Assembly: GCA_039621445.1 (NCBI GenBank)
Contig: CP154954.1
Location: forward strand, 43,999,847 to 44,063,846
Reading direction: 5' to 3'
Length of the DNA: 64,000 bases
DNA from: Euglena gracilis
Lineage: Eukaryota
Shown here: positions 12,991-24,694 of the stretch, one piece after another
Layout: every line of letters begins with the position of its first letter
Numbering within the stretch: the first letter of the stretch is position 1
Position numbers and translations under genes: made by a program
Notes under the pieces: generated by a model
Database searches by the model: none
Told to the model about the DNA's origin: nothing
The model's input: the letters and a program-made list of their open reading frames with translations, nothing else

Positions 12991-15894
12991 ATGCCTGCTA
13001 CTGCACAGCCAGTGGAACTGGTCCTGAACATTCGGGGCCTGCGTACGTATTTGGAACGTGGCAGGCCTCGTTCGGGATGGGACCTGTTTTACGATGCCTT
13101 CGTGGCTCTCCAGGCTGGTGCCCAAGCAATAGTGGCACTGTGCTGCATGGTGCGGCTAAACCGCCGTACGCGTCGCACAGTGGAAGCGGTACGGGAGGCC
13201 TACATGCGGTCTTCATCTCACCGTCCACGGTGGCTGGGACAGCTTGCCGCTGGTGCGTATGCTGTGTGGCGTACGCTGCATCGACAGGCCCAACCCCTCG
13301 AGGACCCCAGTGCGGCGGCCGAGAACACCCCCAGCTTGCGGGCGCTGCAGCAGCTTCCACGTGCAATGCGGCGAACGCTACGGCACACCGGCATCGTCGG
13401 CCGTACTGAGGTGCCGGTTGCAGCCCGTGCAGCAGTGGCGGCGCGGGACATCCTGGCCTCCCTGCGGAACCACCAGGTTGTCCTCTGGCTGGACAATTTC
13501 TGCTGGCTACGCTGGGGAACGGACCCAGCCACACCGAACCTGAGCCAGAACCTCACCGCCTTTGGAACAGTGCAGATTACAAGTTGTACAGAGAGTCGTT
13601 CTCTTCAATTACAAACGTTAATGAGGGTACACCTGGCGGTGCTGTGAATAACCGAAATGTACTCATTTTTGCAATGAAAACGCCAAGGAAGCGTAAAACC
13701 GCTTGCTAACGCGAGGATATGCATTTTTTGATTACATCTAACTACAGTAACACATCTGAATCATTACAAAGAACACACATGTGTGTAGCTTGCACTGACG
13801 TCGCTTCCTGCAGCTGGAGAACCTGATGCACCGCCAAGGCACGAGGACACGGTCCGTGACGTTCCCGGTGTCTCCAGGACATCCAGAGCTGAGTGACCTC
13901 ATCGGCAACGTAGAAGTGGTGGCGTCCTCGTGTTGTACCGCGTCGCCGCTGCTGCACCAAGCCGTGGGTCGCATACGCCGGATGCAGCTCACCGAGACCA
14001 GCATTCGGGTGCCGCTGGATGTGGCGCGGACCGACATGCGGTCACTGCAGTGGCGTCCTCTGTCGCTGACCGAGCAGGTGGTGTCAGCCAACCTGGACCT
14101 GCTGCTGGTGTTGCAGACGGCACGGTCACTGCAGCACCTCACGCGCCGCCAGACACCACTGCTGGTGGACGAGAACATCCACTACCGGTGCCTGCGGCTG
14201 CTGTACTCTGCATCAGCATCGCGGTACTACGTGTCCCGCTACCTGGCCGAGGTTCCACTGCTGTACGGCAGGCACGCGTCAGCAACCTGACTGTGCGGGC
14301 GTTCTTGTGCTGGACTGGAGGTCACTGGTGACCACACTGACGTCCGCCTGCGGAGCCACAGGACTGTACATGGAGAGTCCAGCCGCTGCCTGCGGTCATG
14401 TCCCATTCTGAGTCGCATGCACATGTGAAGCGGTACGCTTCCTTTGCCCCTCTCGTTCCTGCCCGACGGTCTGTCCTCACCGCGTGACATAGTAGTGACC
14501 AGCCTCTGACATTGTGACATGGGGTCGTGGTGGCCCCGGGTCCCTACCCCACCTGACGTCCAGCCTGCGCCGGGGCGACAGTCCAGTGCTGGCAGGCCAG
14601 AAGTGAGGATTTGTTCGTCCAGCCTTCGCGTCCGGGACCATTTGGTCCCTCATGTCCTGAATTTTACGCTTCCTTAATAAATTAACAGAAGTGTATCGGT
14701 TGCTACTTGCGCCTCAGCAGTCAGTTGACGACCAGAATGGATGACTGGACTCGCTCTGCAACAACAAGAGCTGAGCAACAGCAGCAACTCCGATCGTACC
14801 CGTACCAGCTGCTGCAGGGGCTGTTGAACATCCTGGTGTTCTATGCCCCTGCCTTGCTGCACCTGGGCCACGAGGTCCGTCAGTGTACCTGGAGGGGGAG
14901 ACCGGAGGACGAGGTGAAGGGTACCACGGCTCGGCTGGTGTTGCAGAAGTGCCTCCTGCTGATGATGCACCTGGAGCGCCTCATCAGCCCCGGAAGGCCG
15001 CCGTCGGAGTACCAGCGGACCATCTCCCTGTCCCTTCTGGGGTGGCAGGACTGGATGTCCCGGCTGCCTGGCTGCGTGTTCGTGGAGGAGGCCGGAGAGG
15101 CCATGCTGTCGAGGCTGTCCTCTGCCTGCAAGCGGAACCCCCACGTGACCAGCTTCGAGGGTACGCTGCACCTGTTCCTGAACCTCGGCGCCCCCTCCGG
15201 CGAGGCCCACCACAGCCGTGGCAGCCTCCGGAAGCAGCTGGTGCAGGAGATGGGCAGACGTCTGCGTGGCCTGGTGGGAAGCCCTGGTGACCGTCCGTTT
15301 CCGAAGAGGGTGGACAGCACCACCGTGCGGTGGCTGGTGGACCCGGAGACCTACCCCAACTGGATGGCACCAGATGTGTTGCCTATGCGGATCAGCACTG
15401 AGCAGCTGCTGCCCGTCTTGCGGCATTCCCTGCAGACGCTGGTCCGAGGACAACGTCTGGCAGCAGATGTCGAGGACTGGCTCAGGAGCAACGTGGGCTG
15501 TGTCGATCCGGATCTGCTGCAGGAAAGAGAAGAGGCCATGGCCCCGTTCTTGGCACGCAGACGGACCAGAGCCAACGCAGCGGACAGTGTTCTTCATCAA
15601 GCAGATGAAGCGGAAAACCGCCTCCTTGAGCCAGATGAAGCGGAAGACCGCTTCAAGGACAACGAAACTGCGCTGGAGGAGGTGGAGGCCTCAGGCGTGG
15701 CGGGTGACATGGAGGAGGGTAGCAGCTTGTACGAGCCGCCGGAGTCCCTCTACGAGCCGCCCGGCGACTTGTCGGACGGCTACGTGTCCGTGGGGGCCTC
15801 CGACGGATTGGACTGGCTGGGATCACTGCAAGGCAGTGATGAATCCGACGCTTCGTCGGATGTATCCGTGGCAGTGGTGTGTATCCAGCTTTAA
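12991..15894 (+). CDS. Putative DDE transposase (Academ/DUF6589-like motifs) of element A; spliced, with an indel-damaged middle
   Basis: Exons 12991-13564 (VVLWLDNFCWLRWG), 13803-~14400 (PLLVDENIHYRCLRLLY...VPLLYG, then many small deletions relative to element C) and ~14707-15894 (FVEEAGEAMLSRL, acidic tail). Lies inside a TIR/TSD element and is colinear with the copy at 58597-61866. Confidence 0.65.
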
Positions 15895-16253
15895 ATTGTT
15901 CCTATACATAAGAATCAGGTTTCCTGATGTCATTGGGACACGATGGGTTGTCACGGCGGAAAACAAATCCATAAAACATAAACAAAAATAACAGAACCGC
16001 TGCTAGCAGAAAGCATGTAACAGACAAAAAAGCATATTTTTATTACCATAGTGCTATTTCGTTTGAATAAATAACTAAAAGCCTGGAGTGATTTGGAACT
16101 CAAGTCAAATGCATATAATTTGTGTGCCTTTTTTTTTGTTTGCTTGTTCAATTTCGGAAATAAATGATGACATTCCATTCATTTGTGTCTCATTTCCAGC
16201 ATTTGTACACAAATGCGGCATATTTTACGCTTCTTCCGCACAGACCAGTTCCA

Positions 16254-19200
16254 ATGGCTCCCAAGAAGCTGGCGAAGGCGGACACCACGGGACAGTCGAT
16301 CCCGAAGCTGCTGGAAGATGAGGAGATGTGGCTGCAGAGGGAACAGGGTTACATTTGTGGAGTGTTTTGGTGAATAAACAATTGGAAACCTTATCTGTGG
16401 CACAATTACGTTGAATCCTTCTTCATTTGCAGGCATTTTCCATTTAACATGCAGGTCTGTTGATCAGTCAAATACAAAATAATGTTAATTTCATATTGAA
16501 GCGTAAAACGCTTCATTGATGGGCATTGCAGATTTTTTATGGAATTATGGAATTACTTTCATCTAACCCTGCAGCCGGGCAGCTGGTCCTGGACGTTGAC
16601 CTGAGCCGAGGGCAAGTCCGGCGACCCCGGCAGGAGCACGTCAACGACCTCATCACCGAACTGAATAACAATCCACCGCAGGAGCTGGTGCTGACGGTGT
16701 GGCCGGAGAGAGGTGTCCACCAGCCCCCTCCATTCATATCGTGTTTGTCTATCCCGTGGTGCAAACCCCCTACTTTCAAATGGTTGCCAGATGGGAGTTG
16801 GTTTGCATTTTGAACACTGCAGAGTTGTTCATCTGTTTCATCATATGGCATTTCCCTATTGTGTCGTATGGGACAATGGACGTTTTCTGAATGTGTTCCC
16901 CTCTTTGCAGCTACCGGCAAGTGGGTGATACTGAGTGGTCAACATCGATACCTGGCCGCGTCGGCCATCGCCGATGCAGCCATCTCGCGGATTGCGCCGG
17001 GCCACCGCCAGCCTTTCACAGAGAGGGTTCCGGTGCAAGGTGGTTTGAAGGCCCCCAGTACACCAGCATCGTTCCAGCGCCAGCAGTGGCCGGCAGGCTG
17101 CAGGCCATGGACGGCAACGTCATGGACATGACTCTGGCGGACCGCCTGCACTGGCTGCTGAAGGAGGACCAACACGACCGGGATCTCGCAGAAGCCGAAG
17201 GAGTGGACTACAACCCCACCAAGACGGAGCTGTTGAAGAACGTGTACAGCAAGACGGGTTGCCGGGAGACGGTGGACGGTGCCGTGGTGTGTTTTGTGAT
17301 GGTGATGTTAATCAGCGATGCATGAATGCATATCTGATGCATGTGATGACATATGTAACACCTCTGTTTCAAATAAACTGTTCACAAAGGAAGCGTTTTT
17401 CCGCTTCGTTGTGTTTTCTCTCGCCTTTTTTCTTCACAGCTGCAGTGGGTGAAGGCCATGATCCCGGTGACGGAGTGGGTGCTGCAGAGTGGACCGGAGG
17501 CTGTCGAGGTGGTGAAGAGGATGGAGGTGCGAGGTGGGGACCGGGTGGCCCCGGGTACATTCAAGTGCCTGGAGGCCATCTACCACCCGGACGACTTCGC
17601 GGAGCTGGCCCAGGTGATGTTGGACGACAAGGCCAAGCCCACCAGCCAGAGGCTGACCCAGGCTACTTTTTTATCCTGTTGTTCAAAATAGATTTGGATT
17701 GACAATCTGTGCTATGAACCATAAAAATTGTGTTTTTGAAATACGAAGCGTAATGCCGCTTCATTCTTACATTCTTTGATTTTTTATGTTTGTTTGCTTT
17801 CTATTCAATAACAAAAAGTTGTCTGTAGTCAAGCAGGAGGCCTTCAGGCTGGTACGCCGAAGGACCTGGACATGGCTGCTGCAGCACCCGGAGCTGGATG
17901 CCGACGTTCTTCACCCATCAAGAAGTATGTGTTGTTTTGCCCTATGCAATCTCATTGCTTGACTGTGATGAATGCACTTTTCTCTGGGGCTGTCTACCTT
18001 TACATATGTATAGATTCAAATGAAACAAATTATTGCTATCTGATGACCAGATGAAGCGGAAAAACGCTTCACTCACTCACATTCCCTTTTCTTTTTTACA
18101 GAGAACCTGGCCCAGGTGGCTGCGCTGGAGACCGCCCTGCAGCCGGAGCACATCAAGGTGCCGATGACCGGGGTGAAGTGGAGGTGGTCGCCGGAGGCCC
18201 CCTGTGCGGGGCCTAACTGCTTGACATAAACAAACAATGTGAATGTTTCACTTGTTTATCCCTCCCTGTATGTGATGCATGACTGTGGAATGCACACCCC
18301 TCTCCCATCCTGTGTCACTGAATGATAGCTGAGCCCCGGCATTGGCCCCCTGTCGAGGTGGTGCGCCGCGCGCCGCTGTGGGCCGACCCCCAGTACGAGG
18401 GCCTCAGGCAGCGGCTGCTGGGCCCGGTGATGGAGCCCGCCGTCAAGGTGGGGGGCATCTTCGGCACGCTGGACCTGCACGGGATGTCCCTGACCGGCCG
18501 TGTACCGTCGACCCCCGGGAAGCCCAAGAGGCCGGAGGAGGAGGTCAGCAGCACGCAGGAGATCTCCACACCCGGCAAGTCCACGGCCAAGCGCGCTGCC
18601 CAGCCGGAGGCCCCGAAGACCGGCCTCATCCACGTGGTGCCCATGCAGTCCACGGACAACGCCTGGCCCAACGACCTCCGCCTGCTGGAGCTGGGGGCAG
18701 TGGTGGTGGAGGTGGAGCCCCAGCAGTTCGCCCTGGATGGCAGCCTGCACGCCGAGGTGGGCAGGACCATGATGCTGCGGGGTACGCCGATGATCGCCGT
18801 GGGTGCGGAGATCGACCTGCGGGACCTCCATGGGCGGCTGTCGGCGATGATGGGGAGCGAGCGGACGGTCTTCCGCAAGGACATCCTGATGTGCTTCAAT
18901 CCACCAACGCCGGACCTGGACTGGAACTTCGGGCGGCGAACTTTGGCGGTGTTCACCACGGACAACAAGCATAGAAAGGTAAATTTTATGTTTCAGTTGT
19001 TTTGAAGCGGAAAAGCGCTTCCCAATGATTTCGGATCTCGTTTTTTCATGTGTAATTTGTGGCATGCATATGAAAAGGTGCAACTGAGATTCCCTGTCTC
19101 TTCCGTTTGTGCCCCTCTCACGTAGGACCCCGTAACGATCACCCTGCAGGGGATGCACCAGGGCCCGGGTGACACTTTCAGTACAACGTTGTTGGTGCTA

Positions 19201-20600
19201 CTGCAAACAATGATTCAATCCGGTGTTTTTGGAATACGTGAAGGATCGCTTGTCGAGTTAAACACAGATGTTATGTTCCATCATTTTGGTTTTGTTAATT
19301 TGCTTTTACTTTCAATGTTTCTGTCATTTCATTGAGTGTCCCCCGGTGCAACCGATGTTGCCCATCTCGTCCCTGTGGAGGTGGTCTGGTGGTTCCTGCG
19401 GCGGCTGGAGGTGGCCACCGCCGACTGGGTGATGGTGATCAGCTCCCGGGCGGTGCTGACCGCCCAGCTGGCGGTGCGGGCGGGCAGCGCCATCAACCTG
19501 CTGTGGGGTGTGCCGACCCTGCAGGCGGGAGCCGCCGAGGCGCAGCAGCGCTGCCTGGACGACGTCAGCCGTGAGGTGAGGGTGGCCGACGGGCTGCCGC
19601 CCGTGGTCTGGATTCAGGGTCGTCAGTGCTTCGTGTGCTGTCACCACAGAACTGTTTCGGTCATTCCATTTCAATGCCACTAATTGCTGAGGCTGTCGTT
19701 TCATTCCTAGTTGTCCTTATTTTTTGACAATTCGAAAAAGGAAGCGTAAAAGCGCTTCATATGAGTTTTAACATTTTTTCTTGTGCTTTCTGGATTTCAT
19801 TTTGCCTCTGTCCTTTGCATTGATTGCCCTGTTGACAAGGACATCCACAGCAAGATCATGCACCAGCACGTCCTGAACGTCTCCGGCTTCATCCCGGAGG
19901 GGACAGAGGCGGCCACCGCAGCGCCGACGCAGGGGGAGCCCCCGGCCAAGCCGGCCGGGCGGGACCAGAAGGAGTCCAAGTCCAAGGAGACCAAGGAGTC
20001 CCAGGACAAGCCCAAGGAGAAGGAGGCCAAGGACAAACCGGAGAAGAAGACCAAGGACACGCCCAAGAAGGGCGCCCGCGGGAAGCAGTCCGCCTCCTCG
20101 CAGCAGCCGGCCAGGCACTCTACGAGTCTCCCCGAGCCGCGGAGGCCTCGACATCCAGGGAGCGGTCTCATGTGTCCACGTTATGTTTCTGCTTCTTAAT
20201 TTGCACTTGTTCTAATTTATTAATGTTGTTCATGAAGCGTTTTTCCGCTTCCTTTAGTCAAATGAACTAGATTTTTTTCTCTGATGAAACATTCCTTTCT
20301 GTTAATGGATGTTCCACTGTTATTCAAACACAATGTTATTTGACAACGCGTCTCTGTGTTCCCTCCCTCCGTTTGCGCGATCCCTGTTGTCGAGGAGGGA
20401 GGGAACGGTCGGCGCTCGAGAACATCGAGGATGCTCGTGATGATGATGACGAGTGCGGGGCGGAATGCGGCGGCCGCGGAGGCAGGCAGCGGGAGGCTGG
20501 TTCCACAGCGAGGAGGGAGAAGCGACCCAGGGACAGCATCACACTGGACCAGACCGTGCCCACACCCAGACCCAATCCACAACCCATGCGCAGACTTTCG
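16254..20600 (+). CDS. Multi-exon ParB/Sulfiredoxin-like domain protein of element A, with a long C-terminal region and a Lys/Glu-rich tail
   Basis: ATG at 16254 after a pyrimidine tract and AG. Approximate exons: 16254-16340, 16577-16712 (RGQVRRPRQEHVNDLITELNNNPPQELVLTVWPE), 16911-17286 (GKWVILSGQHRYLAA), 17441-17661, ~17830-17925, ~18102-18200, ~18330-18978, ~19340-19575, ~19840-20110, ~20400-20600. The Q-x-R and GxHR pattern fits the ParB/Srx fold. Indels occur near 17000-17100. Confidence 0.65.
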
Positions 20601-23199
20601 CCAAGCCACAGGAGACCCATTTCGCGCTGTTCTTCCTTTGTGTTTGTCTTTGGCATGGCTGCGGATCTGGGGGCTATGGGGTTTGTTTCAGCTGTGACTC
20701 TGGTTTTGAGAATCAAAGATACAGATCAGTTTCTGGATACTGTTTTACTGCTATGTGTCAGATGCATCTTCTCAGTTGTGTTTGATGATGCATTCAAGTT
20801 TGTTGTTGAGTTCAAATTAGGCTATATCTTTGAGCATGAAGGGCTTTCACTTTCGTTGGTGACATTCCTCTCAGTTTTGGATCACTGCACTATTACATGA
20901 ATCGGAGAAATTTAGTCTTCTCATTTGAGGAAGCGTAAAACCGCTTCATTGCCTTGTTGTCTGTTTTTTGCAGGTTTTCCCTCCTACCTCTCATGACGGC
21001 GGTGAACCTCAAGCGGGAACCTCAAGGGGGTTACAGGTCTGTATCGTTCTGTTTGTTCTTATTGTTGTCATTTGGTTCTGAGTTCTATCTTTTATGGAAC
21101 ACATTTGTTAAACTGATTGTCAAATCTGACTGCTTAATGCGTAAGGTTTCTCTTACCCCTTCTGAATAGAAGCACAATTGTTTGCGCGCTTTGATTTGCA
21201 CCATCTGTGTTGACTTCATTTTCATTTGATTTATAACATATTTTTTTCAAATTGTTATTGAAGCGTTATTACGCTTCCTTTTCGTATTTTGTAAATTTTC
21301 TATACTTTTGACTGCGAATGAGTAGGTCCTGCTTTTCTTTTCATTTCAGTGACTTGTGATGGATTTTGAAGCGGAATGTCTCTGTTTCCGCTTCATGTTT
21401 TTTTTGTGTTTATTTTTTCCCCCTTTTCAGGGGGATTCGCCGCCAACCTCCTGTGCCGGCAGCCGTCACCAGGTGTGTTTTTCAACTTTCTTGCTTTATT
21501 CAAAAAATATGGAGGGTTTTCGTTACTTTCCACTTATTTTTAAAATTTTCATGCCCTTTTGACTGGTTTTTGGACTTTCTAAAAGTTCGTTACTGCAAGC
21601 CAAACGCCCAGTCAGAAATGGCCTAAATTGGAACCTCTCCTAAAACTGTCAAAAAAACAGGCCTTTTTTGGAAGCGTTTTTACGCTTCCTTTTTCGTTTC
21701 CAGGTGCTTAAATTTTGTGGGCAGTTTATGCCTCCTAAGCCTAACACAATTGAATCTTACTGTCTTCAACACCTACGACGTCAACAGAAAATACCCGCAG
21801 CCACTTACACCAAACTTCACCTCCGACGGAAGCGGCAGAGCAAGGAAGAGTGCGACGGACATCCATGCGCAACAGTACACTACACCGTACAGCAGAACTG
21901 TTCACTGTCCCCCTCCCTGCCCCTCTCATTTTCCCTTTCCTCCCTCTGGTGAAGGGAGCCGATGGCAAGAGGGGTTGGGGACATGGCTGGACGGGAAGGT
22001 TTGGTGTCGGACCCCCCCCCACCAACCAACACACTGCGAGGGAACTTTCCTTTGGCGCCGAAAGCTTTGAAGAAAAAAGTTTTGACATGGAATTCGCTGC
22101 CCCTGGGGAGAAAAAAAAAACGGGACGGGGGGCCCACCAACCACGATGACAGGATGATGGCAGGGAGGGGGGTGCCTACCCTCCACGGGGTTTCTGGGTT
22201 TCTCGTCCAACTCTGGCTGGGGCACGGGTGGCACGGGATGCGCCGCGGGAGGGGCAACAACACCCCACCGGGATGGGTCTGGGTCTGGGAAGGCCACACA
22301 GTGCCGGCTACGGACGCAGGCCAATCATGCCCCCAGCTGCCAGCGCACGCCTGCCTAGATCGGTGGCACAGGGCGAGGAGGCTCCCAACCCCATCCTATC
22401 CCCACAACCCTCATGGTTCCACATTGCACAACAATGGCAGCGAAGAAAAGGAACAGTGCCGGGAATAAATCCGGAACTTCAAAATATCCGTCTTTTTTGA
22501 CAAGCAGCCAACAATGAAGACCACTCAGACCCTGTGATGCCTGGCCTCTTAGGGTGGGTGGGTGGGCCGGGTTGATTCTCAAAATGCATGGCTGGGGTCA
22601 GGCCTTCATCCCTTTAGATGCACTTCATCCCCCTGGGGGTGCGACAAAATCAGTCCAGAGCCAGAGGCAACTGTTTTCAAACCAACAGTTGCAAGGTTTC
22701 CAGCAGCAGGCAGGGGTACCAGCTTGGCCTGGTCATATCTGCGGCCACGCAATGGCGGTGGCGCTATGGCTGGGGCTGTGGGCTGTGTGTTTGTGTGTTG
22801 TGCAATGGAGGCGGGCCCCACATGGGTCGAGGAAGAGCCCCCCCCCACCCAACCTGCGGCACACACCGGTGCCTGGGGGAGAGGAGCAGACCCCCCACAG
22901 TGGTGCCCACGTCGGACGTCCTGGGGACAGAGGCAGGGGCTAAGCAAGCCAAACGCCGGTGGCCAGAGGTGGCCAGGAAGGATATAACTTGCCCAGGTCG
23001 GAAGACGGCGGTCCTGTTGGTGCCAGGGCACGGCGCGGGCTGGGGCCACGGCCGCGAGATGCCACCTGCGTGTTGCCTTGGCGAGGACTCCGGGCTGGTG
23101 CGAAATTGTTGCAACGGTCTGTGGACACAGGCAAGGGATTCCGGACAAGGTTGACAGGGTGTTCTGCCTGTAAAGTCAGCTGTTAGGTCAAACACCCCC

Positions 23200-23392
23200 A
23201 CCCACCCACACCCACACCCACACCCACACCCACACCCACACCCACACCCACACCCACACCCACACCCACACCCACACCCACACCCACACCCACACCCACA
23301 CCCACACCCACACCCACCCACACCCACACCCACATACCCACACACACACACACACACACACGTGGACAAATACACACACAAAACACACACAC
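23200..23392. repeat. (CACACC)n/(CA)n microsatellite
   Basis: Directly visible. Confidence 0.95.
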
Positions 23393-23752
23393 ATGACCCA
23401 TCGTCAACAACAAAGAGAGATGGGAGGCTCTCTTCCCTGACTGGGACTGAAAAGGGGGTGGGCCCAGGTTGCCGGGCGGACCGCAGCGCGTGTGGCAAAG
23501 GGCCAGAGGCCAAAGCGGCATGGTTGCAGCCAAAGGGAGGGAAGCGGAGGCGGCCAGGAGTGACACTGGGGTGTGACATATGCGTGGTGGCATATGCAGG
23601 GGCTGCCGTGCTGGGTGAACAACCGAGCGACGTGGCTCTGCAGTCAGTTGGGATTGTTTCCTGCCATCTTCCTACCTGTGCAGAGTGCCGTCCACCTGTG
23701 AGGGGTGGTCAGGGGCTGATTTCACCGGTCCAAGCAGAACCCAACCTTGCAT

Positions 23753-23753
<1 letters not shown>

Positions 23754-23818
<65 letters not shown>

Positions 23819-23828
23819 TGTGCGTGTG

Positions 23829-23864
<36 letters not shown>

Positions 23865-23941
23865 TGTGCGTGTGTGCGTGTGTGCGTGCGTGCGTGCGTG
23901 CGTGCGTGCGTGTGTGCGTGCGTGCGCGCGGGCGGGCGGGC

Positions 23942-23990
<49 letters not shown>

Positions 23991-23994
23991 TGTG

Positions 23995-24050
<56 letters not shown>

Positions 24051-24121
24051 TGTGTGTGTGTGTGTGTGGGTGGGTGGGTGGGTGGGTGGGTGGGTGGTGG
24101 GTGGGTGGGTGGGTGGGTGTG
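23754..24121. repeat. (TG)n/(TGCG)n/(GGGT)n microsatellite
   Basis: Directly visible. Confidence 0.95.
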
Positions 24122-24519
24122 TTGAATGGTATTTATGGCACATGTCTGGAGTTTGGTGAGGGCAGTCCGCAGCCTGCATGGGCAGGACTGTCTGTCATGA
24201 GGTTGGGTTGCCTGCTACGTCCTCCATTGCACAAAGTGCCAAACCCCTGCAGAGATATCAGTTAATGCACAGCCCCCTTCTTTATGCCCAAAGACTTAGG
24301 CGGCGTAAAATTGCCCATGAAAAAAATTGACTGAAATGTCACCCAGAACCCCGTAAAAATGTTCTGAAAAACAACCAAAATTTTCGAATTGCACTACACT
24401 TCAAAAAGTTTTCACGTTTATGATGACAGAATAGATGAAGCAGAAAACCGCTTCGATGATTTTGAATTTTATTAATTTATTTTAATTTAATTTTATTTTT
24501 AGAAGAAACATAAAACAAA

Positions 24520-24694
24520 TACCCCCCTATTTGAAGCGCAGGTGCGCTTATAGCGGACCTTCATCTCCAAAACAGGGAGGTGCGCTTCTATTTGGACCCT
24601 CCCTTTCTGATTTTTATTTATTTTATTCAGAATCACCATCAAAATGACCCCGCGCTTGTAGGGGCTCCGTGCTTCTATTACGGGGGGGGGGGTT
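24520..24694. mobile_element. Short MITE nested in element B
   Basis: Imperfect inverted ends (acccccctatttgaag / cttctattacgggggggggggtt). Not present in the homologous part of element A. Confidence 0.5.

Larger units (their letters stand above)
10717..21687. promoter_or_regulatory. Dispersed 18-bp palindromes GAAGCG-N6-CGCTTC (over 20 copies) throughout element A
   Basis: Copies, a few with one mismatch or a shorter spacer, start at about 10717, 10942, 11304, 11626, 11940, 12551, 12835, 12924, 13688, 15607, 15637, 16498, 17390, 17745, 18053, 19004, 19741, 20234, 20930, 21260 and 21670. Not seen in flanking host DNA. Function is inferred. Confidence 0.7.
10576..21739 (+). mobile_element. 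Large (11.2 kb) DNA transposon 'A' with CTTAG TIRs and 5-bp TSD; encodes a transposase-like and a ParB-like protein
   Basis: 22-bp perfect TIR cttaggaggcataaactgccca / tgggcagtttatgcctcctaag. TSD cctaa at 10571-10575 and 21740-21744. Two internal plus-strand spliced genes homologous to those in element C. Confidence 0.92.

Noticed and set aside
14674-15600. Long antisense ORFs over the transposase genes (also 60483-61505, 59507-60400, 18256-19158)
   Set aside because: Shadow frames of GC3-rich plus-strand coding sequence; conservation between A and C fits the plus-strand frame.
10717-21687. Dispersed palindromes as a CRISPR array or as rho-independent terminators
   Set aside because: Spacing is irregular at hundreds of bp, the repeats are only 18 bp, there are no cas-like motifs and no consistent U-tract, and the context is a spliced eukaryotic locus.
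10576-21739. Bacterial contamination, plasmid or endogenous virus, suggested by the ParB-like gene
   Set aside because: The genes contain GT-AG and host-type non-conventional introns and sit between TIRs with TSDs. No capsid, polymerase or packaging ATPase motifs were seen.
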